A stretch of DNA of 64,000 nucleotides from Aphanothece sp. (GTDB taxonomy: Bacteria > Cyanobacteriota > Cyanobacteriia > PCC-6307 > Cyanobiaceae): assembly GCA_040375715.1 (NCBI GenBank), contig JBEIRX010000004.1:388-64387 (forward strand), given 5' to 3'. The first letter of the stretch is position 1. Every line of letters begins with the position of its first letter. Shown here piece after piece: positions 1 through 9,619 of the stretch. Position numbers and translations under genes: made by a program. Below the pieces are notes generated by a model. The model was not told the origin of the DNA. It worked only from the letters and a program-made list of their open reading frames with translations, and did no database searches.

Positions 1-75
1 AGAGCGGATGCCGCGTCGGGATCGGCCTGGATCCGGCCGAGGGCTGCCAGGGCGCCGGCGGCCAGGGGCGGGGGG

Positions 76-594
76 ATGGCGGAGGTGGCCATTATCAGCG
101 GCACCTTCGGCAAAGCCTTCGGCAGCGGCGGCGCCTTCCTGGCGGCCGATGAACCTCTTGGTGAATGGCTGCTGCAGAGCAGCGGCGCCTTCCGCTACAC
201 CACCGCCCTGGCTCCGCCCCTGGCCGCCGGCGCCCTGGCGGCCCTGCATCACCTGGGCACCGATCCCGCCGCCCAGGCCCGCGGGGCTCTGCTGGCCCGG
301 GCTGCCCGCTGGCGCGAGGCCCTGGCCGCCGCCGGCTGGCCCCGCCCGCCAGGCGATGGGCCGATCCTGCCCCTGATCGTGGGCGACGACGGCCGAGCCC
401 TGGCCCTGCAGGCCCGGCTGGAGGCCGCTGGGCTGCTCACCGTGGCGATCCGCCCCCCCACCGTGCCCCCCGGCAGCGCCAGGCTGCGACTGGTGCTGCG
501 CCAGGATCTTCCCAGCGGCACCCTGGCCCGCCTCCTGAAGGCCCTGGGGCCCTGCCCCCAGGAGCTTTGCCCCCCAGCCAGTCCTCCTCCCTGA
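76..594 (+). CDS. bioF: 8-amino-7-oxononanoate synthase, C-terminal part only (5' end missing)
   Basis: PLP-lysine motif SGTFGKAFGSGG, YTTALAP, AIRPPTVPPGSARLR; first gene of a bio cluster. Bases 1-72 do not continue the BioF reading (see findings). Confidence 0.9.
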   Translation: MAEVAIISGTFGKAFGSGGAFLAADEPLGEWLLQSSGAFRYTTALAPPLAAGALAALHHLGTDPAAQARGALLARAARWREALAAAGWPRPPGDGPILPLIVGDDGRALALQARLEAAGLLTVAIRPPTVPPGSARLRLVLRQDLPSGTLARLLKALGPCPQELCPPASPPP

Positions 595-618
595 TGGTCG
601 AACCCAGGCCTTCTCCCT

Positions 619-1365
619 ATGGCTTCCGCCGACGTTCACCAGCCCCCCACCCCACCAGCGCCCCTGCAGGTGATCGCCATGCATGGCTGGGCGGGGGATG
701 GCAGCCATTGGCAGCCTTGGCAGGAGGCCGCCGCGGCCCGGGGCTGGCTCTGGCAGAGCGGTGAGCGGGGCTACGGCGAGCGGACCCCGCACCAACCCAG
801 CTGGCAAGAGGGTGGCCGGCGGCGGGTGGTGATCGCCCACTCCATGGGAGCCCACCTGCTGAACGCCCTCCATCCGGAGGTGCTCGCCAGCGCCGATGCG
901 GTGGTGCTGCTGGCCAGCTTCGCCCGCTTCGTGCCACCGGGCAGCGAAGGCCGTGCCCTGCGCGCCGCACTTGAAGGCATGGCTGCCGCCCTGGCTGAAC
1001 CCATCGGCGCCCGCGCCATGTTGCGCCGCTTCCTCAGCGAAGCGGCCGCCCCCGATCCGCTCGAGGCCATGGCCCCCGGCCCCGCCGATGGGCCCCTCAG
1101 CCCGGAGGGTCTGGAGCGGCTCAGGATCGACCTGGAGCTGTTGGGGCAGACCGCGGGCCTGCCAGCGGCCTTCCCCAGGGGTATACCGGTGTTGATCGTG
1201 GAGGCAGGGGCGGATCGGATCGTGGCCCCACCGGTGCGGACCCTGCTGCGGGAAGCCCTGCCCGAAGCCCGGGTGCTGGAGGTGCCCGATGGCGGCCATG
1301 CCCTGCTGCGGGCGCCAATCCTTGAGCCCGTGCTGGGCTGGCTGGCGGAGCAGGGGGCACCATGA
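619..1365 (+). CDS. Alpha/beta-hydrolase, probable pimeloyl-ACP methyl ester esterase (BioH/BioK role)
   Basis: MHGWAG, nucleophile elbow AHSMG, GADRIV, GGH; lies between bioF and bioC. Confidence 0.8.
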   Translation: MASADVHQPPTPPAPLQVIAMHGWAGDGSHWQPWQEAAAARGWLWQSGERGYGERTPHQPSWQEGGRRRVVIAHSMGAHLLNALHPEVLASADAVVLLASFARFVPPGSEGRALRAALEGMAAALAEPIGARAMLRRFLSEAAAPDPLEAMAPGPADGPLSPEGLERLRIDLELLGQTAGLPAAFPRGIPVLIVEAGADRIVAPPVRTLLREALPEARVLEVPDGGHALLRAPILEPVLGWLAEQGAP

Positions 1366-2200
1366 CCCTCAGCCCCCCCAGCAAGCCGTTGCCCTTCAGC
1401 CAGCAGGTGCGGCAGGCCTTCGGCCGCCGGGTGGCGGCCTACGAGCCCCAGGCCCGCCTGCAGCGGAGCATCGCCTGGCGCCTGGCGGGCTGGGCCCAGC
1501 ACCACGGCTGGGGCCAGGGCCTGCCCCAGGGCCCCAGCGCCGATCTGGGGGCCGGCACGGGCCTGGTGGGGCGGGCCCTGGAGGCCTGGCGAATCCCCCT
1601 GCCAGGCCCCCTGCAGCAGCTCGATCTCTGCCCAGAGGCCCTCGCCCGCAACGGCTCCGGCCCCACCCTTCCCTGGAACCTCAACCAGGGCCTGCCGGCC
1701 CAGCTTCAGGGCGCGGCCCTGCTCACCTCCAGCTTCGCCCTGCAATGGCTGGACGCCCCCACGAAGGTCCTGGTGCATTGGGGGGACCAGCTGGCCCCCG
1801 GCGGCTGGCTGCTGCTCGCGGTGCCCACCGCCGGCAGCTTCCCCCAATGGCGCCAGGCCGCCCAGCGGGCGGGGGTGGCCTGCACCGCGCTGGAGCTGCC
1901 CCGGGCGGAGGCCCTGCTCCACGCCGCGGCCCGGGGGGGGTGGAAACGGTGCGGAGCCAGGTGCTCACCTTCTCCCACCAGCCCCACTCCGGCGCCTCCA
2001 CTCCCCTGGGCGCCCTGCGGGCCATCCAAGCCATCGGAGCAGGCACCAGCCGAAAGGCGGCGCCTCTCCCCCCCGGCGCCTGGCGGAAGCTGCTGGCTGC
2101 CTGGCCTCAGGGGGGCCAGCTCAGCTGGGAGGTGTTGCTGCTGCTGGCCCAAAAGAGCGCCCCCCCTGCACACCCAGGAGATCCGCCATGCAGCTGGTGA
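1362..2200 (+). pseudogene. bioC: Malonyl-ACP O-methyltransferase BioC, frameshifted at G8 tract 1933-1940 (real or sequencing error)
   Basis: SAM motif DLGAGTG and SSFALQW in the frame starting 1362. The BioC-like C-terminus (LRAIQAIGAGTSR...LSWEVLLLL) is in the 1289..2200 frame; one extra G joins them. Confidence 0.8.
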
Positions 2201-2823
2201 TCGCCGGCACCGACACGGATGTGGGCAAAACCGTGGTGAGTTCCCTGGTGGTGCAGGGCCTGAGGGCCCGCTACTGGAAGCCGGTGCAGAGCGGCCTGGC
2301 GGAGGGCAGCGACACGGAGCGGGTGCAAGACCTGCTCACCCTTCCGGCGGAACGGATCCTGCCGGAGGCCTACCGCTTCCAGGCCCCCGTTTCTCCTCAC
2401 TGGGCTGCAGCCATGGAGGGGGCGCGGATCGATCCGGCGGCCCTGGCCCTGCCCCGGGTGGAGGGTCCCCTGGTGGTGGAGTGCGCCGGGGGGTTGATGG
2501 TGCCCCTGCGCCTCGATGCCGACGTTCGCCTGCTGCAGATCGATCAGCTGAGAGTATGGGGGCTGCCGGTGCTGCTGGTGGCCCGCAGCGGCCTGGGCAC
2601 CCTTAACCACACCCTGCTCTCCTTGGAGGCCCTCCACCGGCGCTCGATCCCCGTGCTGGGGCTGGTGCTCAACGGCCCCCTCCATCCCGACAACCCCCGC
2701 ACCCTGGAGGCCATCGGCGGCGTGCCCGTGCTGGCCCAGTTGCCGCCGCTGCAGCCCATCACCGCCGCAGGTCTGCAGGAGCACTGGCTGGCCAGTGACC
2801 TGCCGACTAAGCTCACGCCATGA
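2188..2823 (+). CDS. bioD: Dethiobiotin synthase
   Basis: GTDTDVGKT P-loop, YWKPVQSG, VECAGG, LGTLNHTLLS. Confidence 0.95.
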   Translation: MQLVIAGTDTDVGKTVVSSLVVQGLRARYWKPVQSGLAEGSDTERVQDLLTLPAERILPEAYRFQAPVSPHWAAAMEGARIDPAALALPRVEGPLVVECAGGLMVPLRLDADVRLLQIDQLRVWGLPVLLVARSGLGTLNHTLLSLEALHRRSIPVLGLVLNGPLHPDNPRTLEAIGGVPVLAQLPPLQPITAAGLQEHWLASDLPTKLTP

Positions 2824-2978
2824 GGATGCGTAGGCGTGACTGGCTGGTGAGCGCGGCTGTGGCGGGTCTGTGCATGGCCATCCTCACCCTGTTCACCGAC
2901 TTCGAGGAATCCCTGCGCGACTGGGTCAAATGTCCCGCTGCCCTGGTACCGGGGGAGCGCCCTCCGGAGTGCCGCTGA
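2820..2978 (+). CDS. Small membrane protein, 52 aa (MRMRRRDWLVSAAVAGLCMAILTLFTDF...PPECR)
   Basis: ATGA overlap with the bioD stop; one hydrophobic helix; below ORF-track cutoff, translated by hand. Confidence 0.6.
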   Translation: MRMRRRDWLVSAAVAGLCMAILTLFTDFEESLRDWVKCPAALVPGERPPECR

Positions 2979-3245
2979 TCAGCGCTGCAGCAACCGCACC
3001 GGACACTGCCGGGTGAGGGCAGCCACATTCTCCTTGGCCACGGCCAGGGGCCAGCCCTGCCGCAGCTGGTCGTGCACCCGCTCGATCTGGCTGGCACTCC
3101 AGCCCTGCCGCTCCAGGGCCACCCGGATCGACTGCCACTGCCCCTCGGCAAACACCTCCTGGGGCCCCCAGGGATTGCGCGGCCTGGGCAGCACGGGGTC
3201 CGGAGGTGGCAGAAAGCGGTTGGAGGACGGGCGAGACCTGGCCAT
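2979..3245 (-). CDS. Hypothetical protein, 88 aa
   Basis: ATG ORF filling the gap before bioA, globular composition, stop abuts the stop of the convergent small ORF. Confidence 0.6.
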   Translation of the reverse strand: MARSRPSSNRFLPPPDPVLPRPRNPWGPQEVFAEGQWQSIRVALERQGWSASQIERVHDQLRQGWPLAVAKENVAALTRQCPVRLLQR

Positions 3246-3302
3246 GCGGGCCCCAGGGCTGGTGAGTCTTTTCCATCATGGCAAGTCTGTGGGCAATCGT
3301 TC

Positions 3303-4586
3303 ATGCAGACGGCCTGGCATCCCAATCTCTGGCACCCCACCACCCAGGTGGCCATCGCCGATCCCCCCCTGCGGGTGGTGGGGGGGCGGGGGGCCCTGCT
3401 GGAGCTGGAGGATGGCCGCACCCTGATCGATGCCATCAGCAGCTGGTGGGTGACGCTCCACGGCCATGGCGAACCCTCCATCGCCGCCGCCATCGCCCGG
3501 CAGGCCACCGAGCTGGAGCAGGTGATCTTCGCCAACTTCCGCCACCTGCCGGCGGAGCGGCTGGCGGAGCGCCTGAGCGCCCACACGGGCCTGGAGCGCC
3601 TCTTCTTCTCTGATAACGGTTCCACGGCGGTGGAAGTGGCCCTGAAGATCGCTTGGCAATGGTGGTGCAACAAGGGCCAGCCCCGCTCCCAGCTGATCGC
3701 CTTCGAGGGCGCCTACCACGGCGACACCTTCGGAGCCATGGCGGTGGGGGAACGGTCCCTCTTCTCGGCACCGTTCGAGCCTCTGCTGTTTTCCGTTGCC
3801 CGGGCTCCCTGGCCCGCCACCTGGTGGGGCGATGACAGCGTGGAAGCCAGGGAAGCCAGCGCCCTCGCCCAGCTGGAGACCCTGCTGGACACCCCCACTG
3901 CAGCGGTGATCCTGGAGCCGCTGCTGCAGGGCGCCAGCGGAATGCGGCAGGTGCGGCCCCAGTTCCTGCGGGAGGTGGAGCGGCGGGTGCGGCAGGCGGG
4001 GGCCCTGCTCATCGCCGATGAGGTGCTCACGGGCTTCGGCCGCACCGGCGCCCTCTTCGCCAGTACCCAGTCCGGCATCAGCCCCGACCTGATGGCCCTC
4101 TCCAAGGGGCTCACCGGCGGCTTCCTGCCGATGGGGGTAACAATGGCCAGCCAACGGCTGTACGCCGAATTCATTGGGCCCGATCCCGCCCTCACCCTCT
4201 TCCACGGCCACAGCTTCACCGCCAATCCCCTCGGCTGCGCCGCCGCCCTGGCCAGCCTGGATCTGCTGGAGGCACAGCCCTCGCGCCATCAGGGGATGGA
4301 AGCCCGCCACCGGGCCCTGCTGGAGGAGCTGGTCCGGGATCCGCGCCTCCAACGGCCCCGGCTGCTGGGCTCCATCGCCGCCTTCGATCTGGTGTGCCCC
4401 ACCTGGGAGGGCCCGGAAGGCTATCTGCATCCGATCGGACGGCGCCTGCAGCGGCGCGTGCTGGCGGAGGGAGTGTTTCTCCGCCCCCTGGGGCAGGTGG
4501 TGTATCTGTTGCCGCCCCTGGGGATCAGCGACGCGGAGCTGGAGCGGTGCTACGCCGCCCTGGGCTCGGCGCTCCAGGAGCTCTGA
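3303..4586 (+). CDS. bioA: Adenosylmethionine-8-amino-7-oxononanoate transaminase
   Basis: LWHPTTQ, DAISSWWV, DNGSTAVEVALK, YHGDT, DEVLTGFGRTG, SKGLTGG, HGHSFTANP; start set at ATG 3303. Confidence 0.95.
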   Translation: MQTAWHPNLWHPTTQVAIADPPLRVVGGRGALLELEDGRTLIDAISSWWVTLHGHGEPSIAAAIARQATELEQVIFANFRHLPAERLAERLSAHTGLERLFFSDNGSTAVEVALKIAWQWWCNKGQPRSQLIAFEGAYHGDTFGAMAVGERSLFSAPFEPLLFSVARAPWPATWWGDDSVEAREASALAQLETLLDTPTAAVILEPLLQGASGMRQVRPQFLREVERRVRQAGALLIADEVLTGFGRTGALFASTQSGISPDLMALSKGLTGGFLPMGVTMASQRLYAEFIGPDPALTLFHGHSFTANPLGCAAALASLDLLEAQPSRHQGMEARHRALLEELVRDPRLQRPRLLGSIAAFDLVCPTWEGPEGYLHPIGRRLQRRVLAEGVFLRPLGQVVYLLPPLGISDAELERCYAALGSALQEL

Positions 4587-4594
4587 CCCCCAGC

Positions 4595-4858
4595 TCAGGG
4601 CCCGGCCAGGATCGCCGCCTCCATATCCGCCCGGGAGAGGCCGTAGGAGAAGAGGCGCACGCTGGCGTTGCCCTCCTGATGCCAGGACACCTTCAGATCC
4701 TCCACGTCCAGATCGATGCGGGCACTCCACTGGGGACGGTGCAGATCCCAGCTGGCGGAATGGGGAGCCTGCTGCCGGGCCCCGAGCCCCCGCAACCAGT
4801 CCTCCAGGGCCGGCAGCGGATGGTTGTAGAGCGGCGTGTCCTCAGGGGGCAGGGGCAT
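4595..4858 (-). CDS. DUF3143-like cyanobacterial protein
   Basis: TPLYNHPLPALEDWL ... YGLSRADMEAAILAGP signature. Confidence 0.8.
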   Translation of the reverse strand: MPLPPEDTPLYNHPLPALEDWLRGLGARQQAPHSASWDLHRPQWSARIDLDVEDLKVSWHQEGNASVRLFSYGLSRADMEAAILAGP

Positions 4859-5393
4859 GGTTGGGAGCGGCCGTCGGCGCAGGTTCATCCTGGGACATGG
4901 CCGCAGGGTGGAGATCCGCCCACCAGCTGGGCCAGCGAATCATCTCAGCCCCCCGGGCCCAGGCCACACCGATGCCGAGCACCAGGCAGAGCACCAACGC
5001 CACCGCCAGGAGCAGCAAGGCAAACCACTCCCCCCCGGAGAGCGCCCGACGCAGGGACACGGGGGCAGGCTGGGGCAGCACCACAGCGGCGGCGCCGGGT
5101 GCCGGAGGGATGGAGCGCAGCAGCCGCAGCTGTTCGTCGTAGAGGCTGCGGGCCTGCGGATCACTCAGAACGGCATAGGCCCTTTGAAGCTGCGCAAAGG
5201 CCTTCTCCGCCACAGGTGCCGGCAGGGTGGTGGTGTCGGGGTGGTAGCACTTGCTGAGTCGCCGGAAGGCCTGGCGCAACTGCAGCAACGATGCCGTGGG
5301 CGGCATCTGCAGCTGGTCGTAGTAGGTGGATCCCTCCACCAGAGGAGAGGCCGGAGGTGAGGCCGGATCGGGGGATGCGGAAGACGACGGCAT
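4842..5393 (-). CDS. J-domain membrane protein
   Basis: YHPD motif, [12 protein letters not shown]-terminal TM helix. Confidence 0.85.
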   Translation of the reverse strand: MPSSSASPDPASPPASPLVEGSTYYDQLQMPPTASLLQLRQAFRRLSKCYHPDTTTLPAPVAEKAFAQLQRAYAVLSDPQARSLYDEQLRLLRSIPPAPGAAAVVLPQPAPVSLRRALSGGEWFALLLLAVALVLCLVLGIGVAWARGAEMIRWPSWWADLHPAAMSQDEPAPTAAPNHAPAP

Positions 5394-5470
5394 GGCCCGA
5401 ACGGCGTAATGACCCCCTGTTGGTGGGGCATCCTAGGGACAACCCACCTGCCCGTCGTGGCCCGCTGAAG

Positions 5471-6208
5471 ATGCGGAAGGTCGATTCCCTGGCCCCCCTG
5501 TGGGAGTCTCTCGGCTGGCGACCCGATGAGCGGCAGCTGGCGCAGTTCAGCACCCTGCAGGAGCAGCTGCAGCAGTGGAACCGCCGCCTCAACCTCACCC
5601 GCCTGGTGGAGGGCGACGACTACTGGATCGGCCAGGTGTACGACAGCCTCTGGCCCTGGCTGCCTTCCCTCACGGCCCCCGGCCCAGCCCCCCAGCTCAT
5701 CGACGTGGGCACCGGTGGTGGATTCCCTGGGCTGGCCCTGGCCATCGCCCTTCCAGAGGCCCACCTCACCCTGGTGGATTCGGTGGCCCGCAAGCTGGAA
5801 GCGGTGGAGGCCATGGCCCGGGCCGTGGGCTTGGGGGATCGGATCACCCTGCGGCGGGAACGGGTGGAGCGCACGGGGCATCACCCCGACTGCCGGGGAG
5901 CCTTCGATGGGGCGATGGCCCGGGCGGTGGCCAGCGCGCCAGTGGTGGCGGAATACCTGGTGCCCCTGCTCAGGCCTGGGGGGCAGGCCGTGCTCTATCG
6001 CGGCCAGTGGTCGGCTGCGGATCAGCAGGATCTGGAGCGGGCCCTGGTGCCCCTCCAGGCCCGACTTGGGGCCGTGGAACGGCGGGAGTTGCCCGCCGAG
6101 CGGGGCCTGCGCCATGCCCTGCGGGTGAGCCCACTGGGGCCCTGCCCCAGGGCCTATCCCAGGGCCGTGGGGCTCCCGGCCAAGGCGCCCCTCGGCCAGC
6201 TCAGTTGA
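5471..6208 (+). CDS. rsmG: 16S rRNA m7G527 methyltransferase
   Basis: [32 protein letters not shown]; start approximate. Confidence 0.93.
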   Translation: MRKVDSLAPLWESLGWRPDERQLAQFSTLQEQLQQWNRRLNLTRLVEGDDYWIGQVYDSLWPWLPSLTAPGPAPQLIDVGTGGGFPGLALAIALPEAHLTLVDSVARKLEAVEAMARAVGLGDRITLRRERVERTGHHPDCRGAFDGAMARAVASAPVVAEYLVPLLRPGGQAVLYRGQWSAADQQDLERALVPLQARLGAVERRELPAERGLRHALRVSPLGPCPRAYPRAVGLPAKAPLGQLS

Positions 6209-7397
6209 CCTGCAGCCGCTTGGCGGCCTCCCCCCCGAGACGGGCACGCAGATGCCGCAGCAGCTCAGGAATGCGCTCCGCCCAGGGACTGTCCTGCAGG
6301 ACGCCCAGAAGCTCCGCCTCGCTCACCTGCTGATCGAGGGCATCGGCATTTTCTCCTGGAAACCAGTGGCTGCCATGGCCGAGGAGGCGGTAGCGGGCCT
6401 GGCAGAAGCCCTCCATGTCCCAGGCCTCCAGCAGGTCATGGAGCCACAGCAGCACGGGCAGGTTGATCTCTCCCGGCGTCTGGTGCCAGGGGGGTAGCCC
6501 CTCCTGCCAGCTGGCCAGCCAGGGCGCCCCCAAGGCCTCCAGCCGGGCCCCCTCCAGACGCTCCAGGATCGGCGGCAGCAGGGAGGGCGCCTGCTCCAGG
6601 AGCCCCGCGGCCTGCAGATGGAGCCCGAGATCCGCGGCGCAGGAGGCCCCCACACTGAGGGTGTGCACCGCGGGGTGACTCAGGCAGAAGAGGTCGTTCA
6701 CGACGATCGGATGGTGGGGCGCGCACAGCTCCTGCAATCGCCCGGAGGGAGTGTGGAGATGGCCCCCCTTGTCGGTGGGGCTGATCAGAAACACGCCCAT
6801 GTCATGGGCCCGGGCCGCCTCTAGCGCCGGAGCATTCTCCTGCCGGATGTAATACCAGTGGAGATTGATGTAGGCGAAGGCATCGCTGGCGATCGCCTCC
6901 AGGATCAGGGGCAGGGGCGCATGGGTGGAGAAGCCCACATGGCCGATCCGTCCCTCGCCCTGCCAGCGCCGCACCACCTCCAGGCACCCCCCGGGCCGCA
7001 GGGTCTGCTCCAGCAGCTCAGCAGTGTTGAGGCCGTGGAGGGAGAGCAAATCCACCCGCTCCACCGCCAGGCGCTCGAAGCTGAGGGCCAGCTCCGCTTC
7101 AAAGCGGGCCGGGTCAGGGTCGGGGGCCACCTTGGTCTGCAGGAGGCGATCCCCATCCGGCACCTCTGGCAGGAGGGCACCGAGCTGGCGCTCGGAGGTG
7201 CCATAGCCCCGGGCGGTCTCGATGTGATGGAAGCCAGCGGCCACCGCGGCCTCCAGCAACTCCCGGAGGTTGCGTTGGCTCTGAGCACCGATCTCCCCGG
7301 CGGGCAGATCGGTCCAGCTCTGCTGAAAGCGCATCCCACCCAGGGAGAACACCGGCATGGCCAGCTCCGTGCGGCCGAAACGGCGGGTGGGCAGCAT
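6201..7397 (-). CDS. Aldo/keto reductase family protein
   Basis: [27 protein letters not shown]; start MLPTRR at 7397. Confidence 0.88.
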   Translation of the reverse strand: MLPTRRFGRTELAMPVFSLGGMRFQQSWTDLPAGEIGAQSQRNLRELLEAAVAAGFHHIETARGYGTSERQLGALLPEVPDGDRLLQTKVAPDPDPARFEAELALSFERLAVERVDLLSLHGLNTAELLEQTLRPGGCLEVVRRWQGEGRIGHVGFSTHAPLPLILEAIASDAFAYINLHWYYIRQENAPALEAARAHDMGVFLISPTDKGGHLHTPSGRLQELCAPHHPIVVNDLFCLSHPAVHTLSVGASCAADLGLHLQAAGLLEQAPSLLPPILERLEGARLEALGAPWLASWQEGLPPWHQTPGEINLPVLLWLHDLLEAWDMEGFCQARYRLLGHGSHWFPGENADALDQQVSEAELLGVLQDSPWAERIPELLRHLRARLGGEAAKRLQVN

Positions 7398-7822
7398 TAG
7401 CTCCCGGGGGATGGATGGCCGCCGGGGGCCCGCGGAAGGGTGCGCCTGATCCTTGTGGGGGAGGGCAGCCCCAGGGGCAGCAGGTCCTGGCCTTCCCGCT
7501 GGCGCTTCAGCTCCGGCAGCTGCTCGTAGGGCACCCAGTGGATGCAGTCCACCGGACAGGTGTCGATGGCTTCCTGGATCCGCTCGGTGCTGTCTCCGTC
7601 CTGGCGGATCACATGGGAGCGGCCCCAGTCGGGCTCCACCACGAAGGTGTTGGAGGCCACATGGGCGCAGTAGCGGCAGCCGATGCACACGGCCTCATCC
7701 ACCCACACGGCCTGCTGTCGCAGGGCACCCCCTAGGAGGGGCTCCATCCCTGTGGGGGGCTGGGCCGGTTCGGCCTCCACCGCAAAGGCGAGGGCCGGAT
7801 CCACCATCCCCTCAGGCCCCAT
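7397..7822 (-). CDS. Ferredoxin (single-cluster, Fer4_13-like)
   Basis: CIGCRYC ... AIDTCPVDCI. Confidence 0.88.
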   Translation of the reverse strand: MGPEGMVDPALAFAVEAEPAQPPTGMEPLLGGALRQQAVWVDEAVCIGCRYCAHVASNTFVVEPDWGRSHVIRQDGDSTERIQEAIDTCPVDCIHWVPYEQLPELKRQREGQDLLPLGLPSPTRIRRTLPRAPGGHPSPGS

Positions 7823-8211
7823 CAGTCCCAGCGGCTCACCACCAGCTCGATCGAGCCATCCAAATGGTTGGTCTGCTCGTTCACTTGGAAGCCCTCCTGG
7901 ACACTGGCCGCCAGGATGGTGCGCAGGGCGTAGCGCTGGTTGAGCTGGGCCAGGAACCGTTCCACCGGCACGGGCTGCCGCCAGAGCTCAAGATCAGCCA
8001 CCAGCTCGTAGCAGCCGGTTTGGGGATTGCGCAGAAAGCCGATGTCGCCGCCGTCATCGCAGGGAATGGCCAGGTCGCAAGTCACGGTCTGGCCCCGGTA
8101 ACCCCGCACGGGCTGAGACCCTTCCCTGGGGGTATGGCCGAGATCGGAGAGCGCCTCAAGGAGAGAACCACGATCACGCAGTTCGGTCTTCACAGTGCTG
8201 AAGTGCGACAT
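7822..8211 (-). CDS. DUF1257 / Ycf35-like protein
   Basis: MSHFSTVKTE, VRGYRGQT, YELVADL..W, DGSIELVVSRW. Confidence 0.85.
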   Translation of the reverse strand: MSHFSTVKTELRDRGSLLEALSDLGHTPREGSQPVRGYRGQTVTCDLAIPCDDGGDIGFLRNPQTGCYELVADLELWRQPVPVERFLAQLNQRYALRTILAASVQEGFQVNEQTNHLDGSIELVVSRWD

Positions 8212-8242
8212 GGTCGAAGGAGTGTGCGAACAGGGTGCGGGA

Positions 8243-8452
8243 TCAGGCGGAGGGACACTCCGTGAGGGGTTGCTGAGCGGTGAGGGAAGCGGTCTGGAAG
8301 GCTTCAGATGTGCTCTGGCGGCCCTGCACCGTGCCGAGTTGGGCTTCGATGCGCTCGGTGAGGGCCAGGCAACCTTCCCCTGCCACACCCTCCACCGCTT
8401 CCTCCACACGTCCGTCAGGACGAATGCGGAATCGGATGGTTTGCTGACCCAT
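8243..8452 (-). CDS. DUF2997 small protein
   Basis: IRFRIRPDGRVEEAVEGVAG..C..LT..IE..LG; usual partner of DUF1257. Confidence 0.8.
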   Translation of the reverse strand: MGQQTIRFRIRPDGRVEEAVEGVAGEGCLALTERIEAQLGTVQGRQSTSEAFQTASLTAQQPLTECPSA

Positions 8453-8535
8453 CCCTGGGACCCTTGAATGTTTGCGGATGTTAGCTGCGATTCCTCTGCA
8501 GTGGGCCCCAAGCCCATCTGAAACACCCGCAGGAT

Positions 8536-9348
8536 TCAGCTGAGCAGCCCCTCCTCCACCAGGGTCTGCAACCGCTCCAGCACTTCCGGGCGCTCCAGCT
8601 GCTCCAGGGCCATCCGGGCCTCATCGCGCACGGCGGAATCCTCGTCCAGCAGCAGGCAATGGAGCAGGGCTTCCACCACCTCCTGCTGGCGGGGCTCCAC
8701 CAGATCAGGGTAGAGCTGGCCGAGCGACCAGGCGCTGTTGCTGCGCACGGCGGCCTCGCTGTCAATCCGCAGGGTCTGCAGCAGCTGGGCCGCCGCCGGA
8801 TCGGCCTTGGCCGGGGCGCTGGCGCTCACATCCGCCAGGGAACTGGCCGCCCAGAGCCGAACGGCCGCCACATCCACCTGCAGGGCCCGGATCAGGGGGT
8901 TGAGCACGGGAGCGTCGCAGTAGTTGCTGAGGCTCCAGGCCACAGCCTTGCGCACGTAGCCGTTGTCATCGCTGGCCAGCAGCCCCAGGAGCGGCTCCAC
9001 CGCCATGGGGTGGGGATTGCGGCCGAGGGCATAGATGGCACTCATCCGCAGGATCGGGCAGCTCTCCTGCAGCAGAGGGAGGAGCAGGGGCACAGCCCGG
9101 GGGTCGCGATGCTCACAGAAGATGCGCAGCCCCTGCATGCGCTCCTCCTTCCCCCCCCGCAGCCACTCCAGACCCTGATCACACTCTTGGGCCACATCGG
9201 CCGCGGTGGGTTCCCGGGGGTCGATCTCATCGAGAGGATCCCCCAGCAGCTCGGCGGCAAGTTCCCGCGCCAACACATCCGGATCGAGGGACAGCTGGTG
9301 CTGGGTCTCCGGAAAGGGTTCAAAGGGTGGCTGGGGGTCCTCCGGCAT
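8536..9348 (-). CDS. HEAT-repeat protein
   Basis: Repeated VR..A.W/Y.LG helical motifs (LRMSAIYALG, VRKAVAWSLS, VRSNSAWSLG). Confidence 0.85.
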   Translation of the reverse strand: MPEDPQPPFEPFPETQHQLSLDPDVLARELAAELLGDPLDEIDPREPTAADVAQECDQGLEWLRGGKEERMQGLRIFCEHRDPRAVPLLLPLLQESCPILRMSAIYALGRNPHPMAVEPLLGLLASDDNGYVRKAVAWSLSNYCDAPVLNPLIRALQVDVAAVRLWAASSLADVSASAPAKADPAAAQLLQTLRIDSEAAVRSNSAWSLGQLYPDLVEPRQQEVVEALLHCLLLDEDSAVRDEARMALEQLERPEVLERLQTLVEEGLLS

Positions 9349-9393
9349 CAGGCGCGCTTCGCAGGGGGATCCTAGGTGGGGCCCTGGCTGAGC

Positions 9394-9519
9394 TCAGGAG
9401 AGGGGGGCGGGCGCCGCCATGTCGCCCGGCAGCCAGATGCGGGCACTCACGGCCACCAGGGCCACGGCGAAGAGCAACACGATGGCCGCCGGCAGCAGCT
9501 TGGAGCGCAGAAACGACAC
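9394..9519 (-). CDS. Small single-TM cyanobacterial protein, 41 aa (MSFLRSKLLPAAIVLLFAVALVAVSARIWLPGDMAAPAPLS)
   Basis: Hand translation from GTG 9519; ALVAVSARI.LP.DM.APAP resembles a conserved cyanobacterial peptide (from memory). Confidence 0.7.
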   Translation of the reverse strand: MSFLRSKLLPAAIVLLFAVALVAVSARIWLPGDMAAPAPLS

Positions 9520-9619
9520 AGAAGCCTCCGGATGGCGGATCTATCTTGCTGCAGACCGTCCCCCACCGTTGACGGCCAGGGCCGCGCAGCGGAGGATGGC
9601 CCGTCACGAATGGTGTTCC

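Noticed and set aside
1362-2606. 414-aa ORF as an extended BioC or BioC-BioD fusion
   Set aside because: After the G8 tract it is out-of-frame, low-complexity sequence overlapping bioD in another frame.
76-4586. Absence of bioB from the biotin cluster
   Set aside because: bioB may lie outside the window; absence cannot be judged from this segment.
7397-8452. DUF2997-DUF1257-ferredoxin trio as a novel system
   Set aside because: Common conserved cyanobacterial arrangement; nothing locus-specific is visible.
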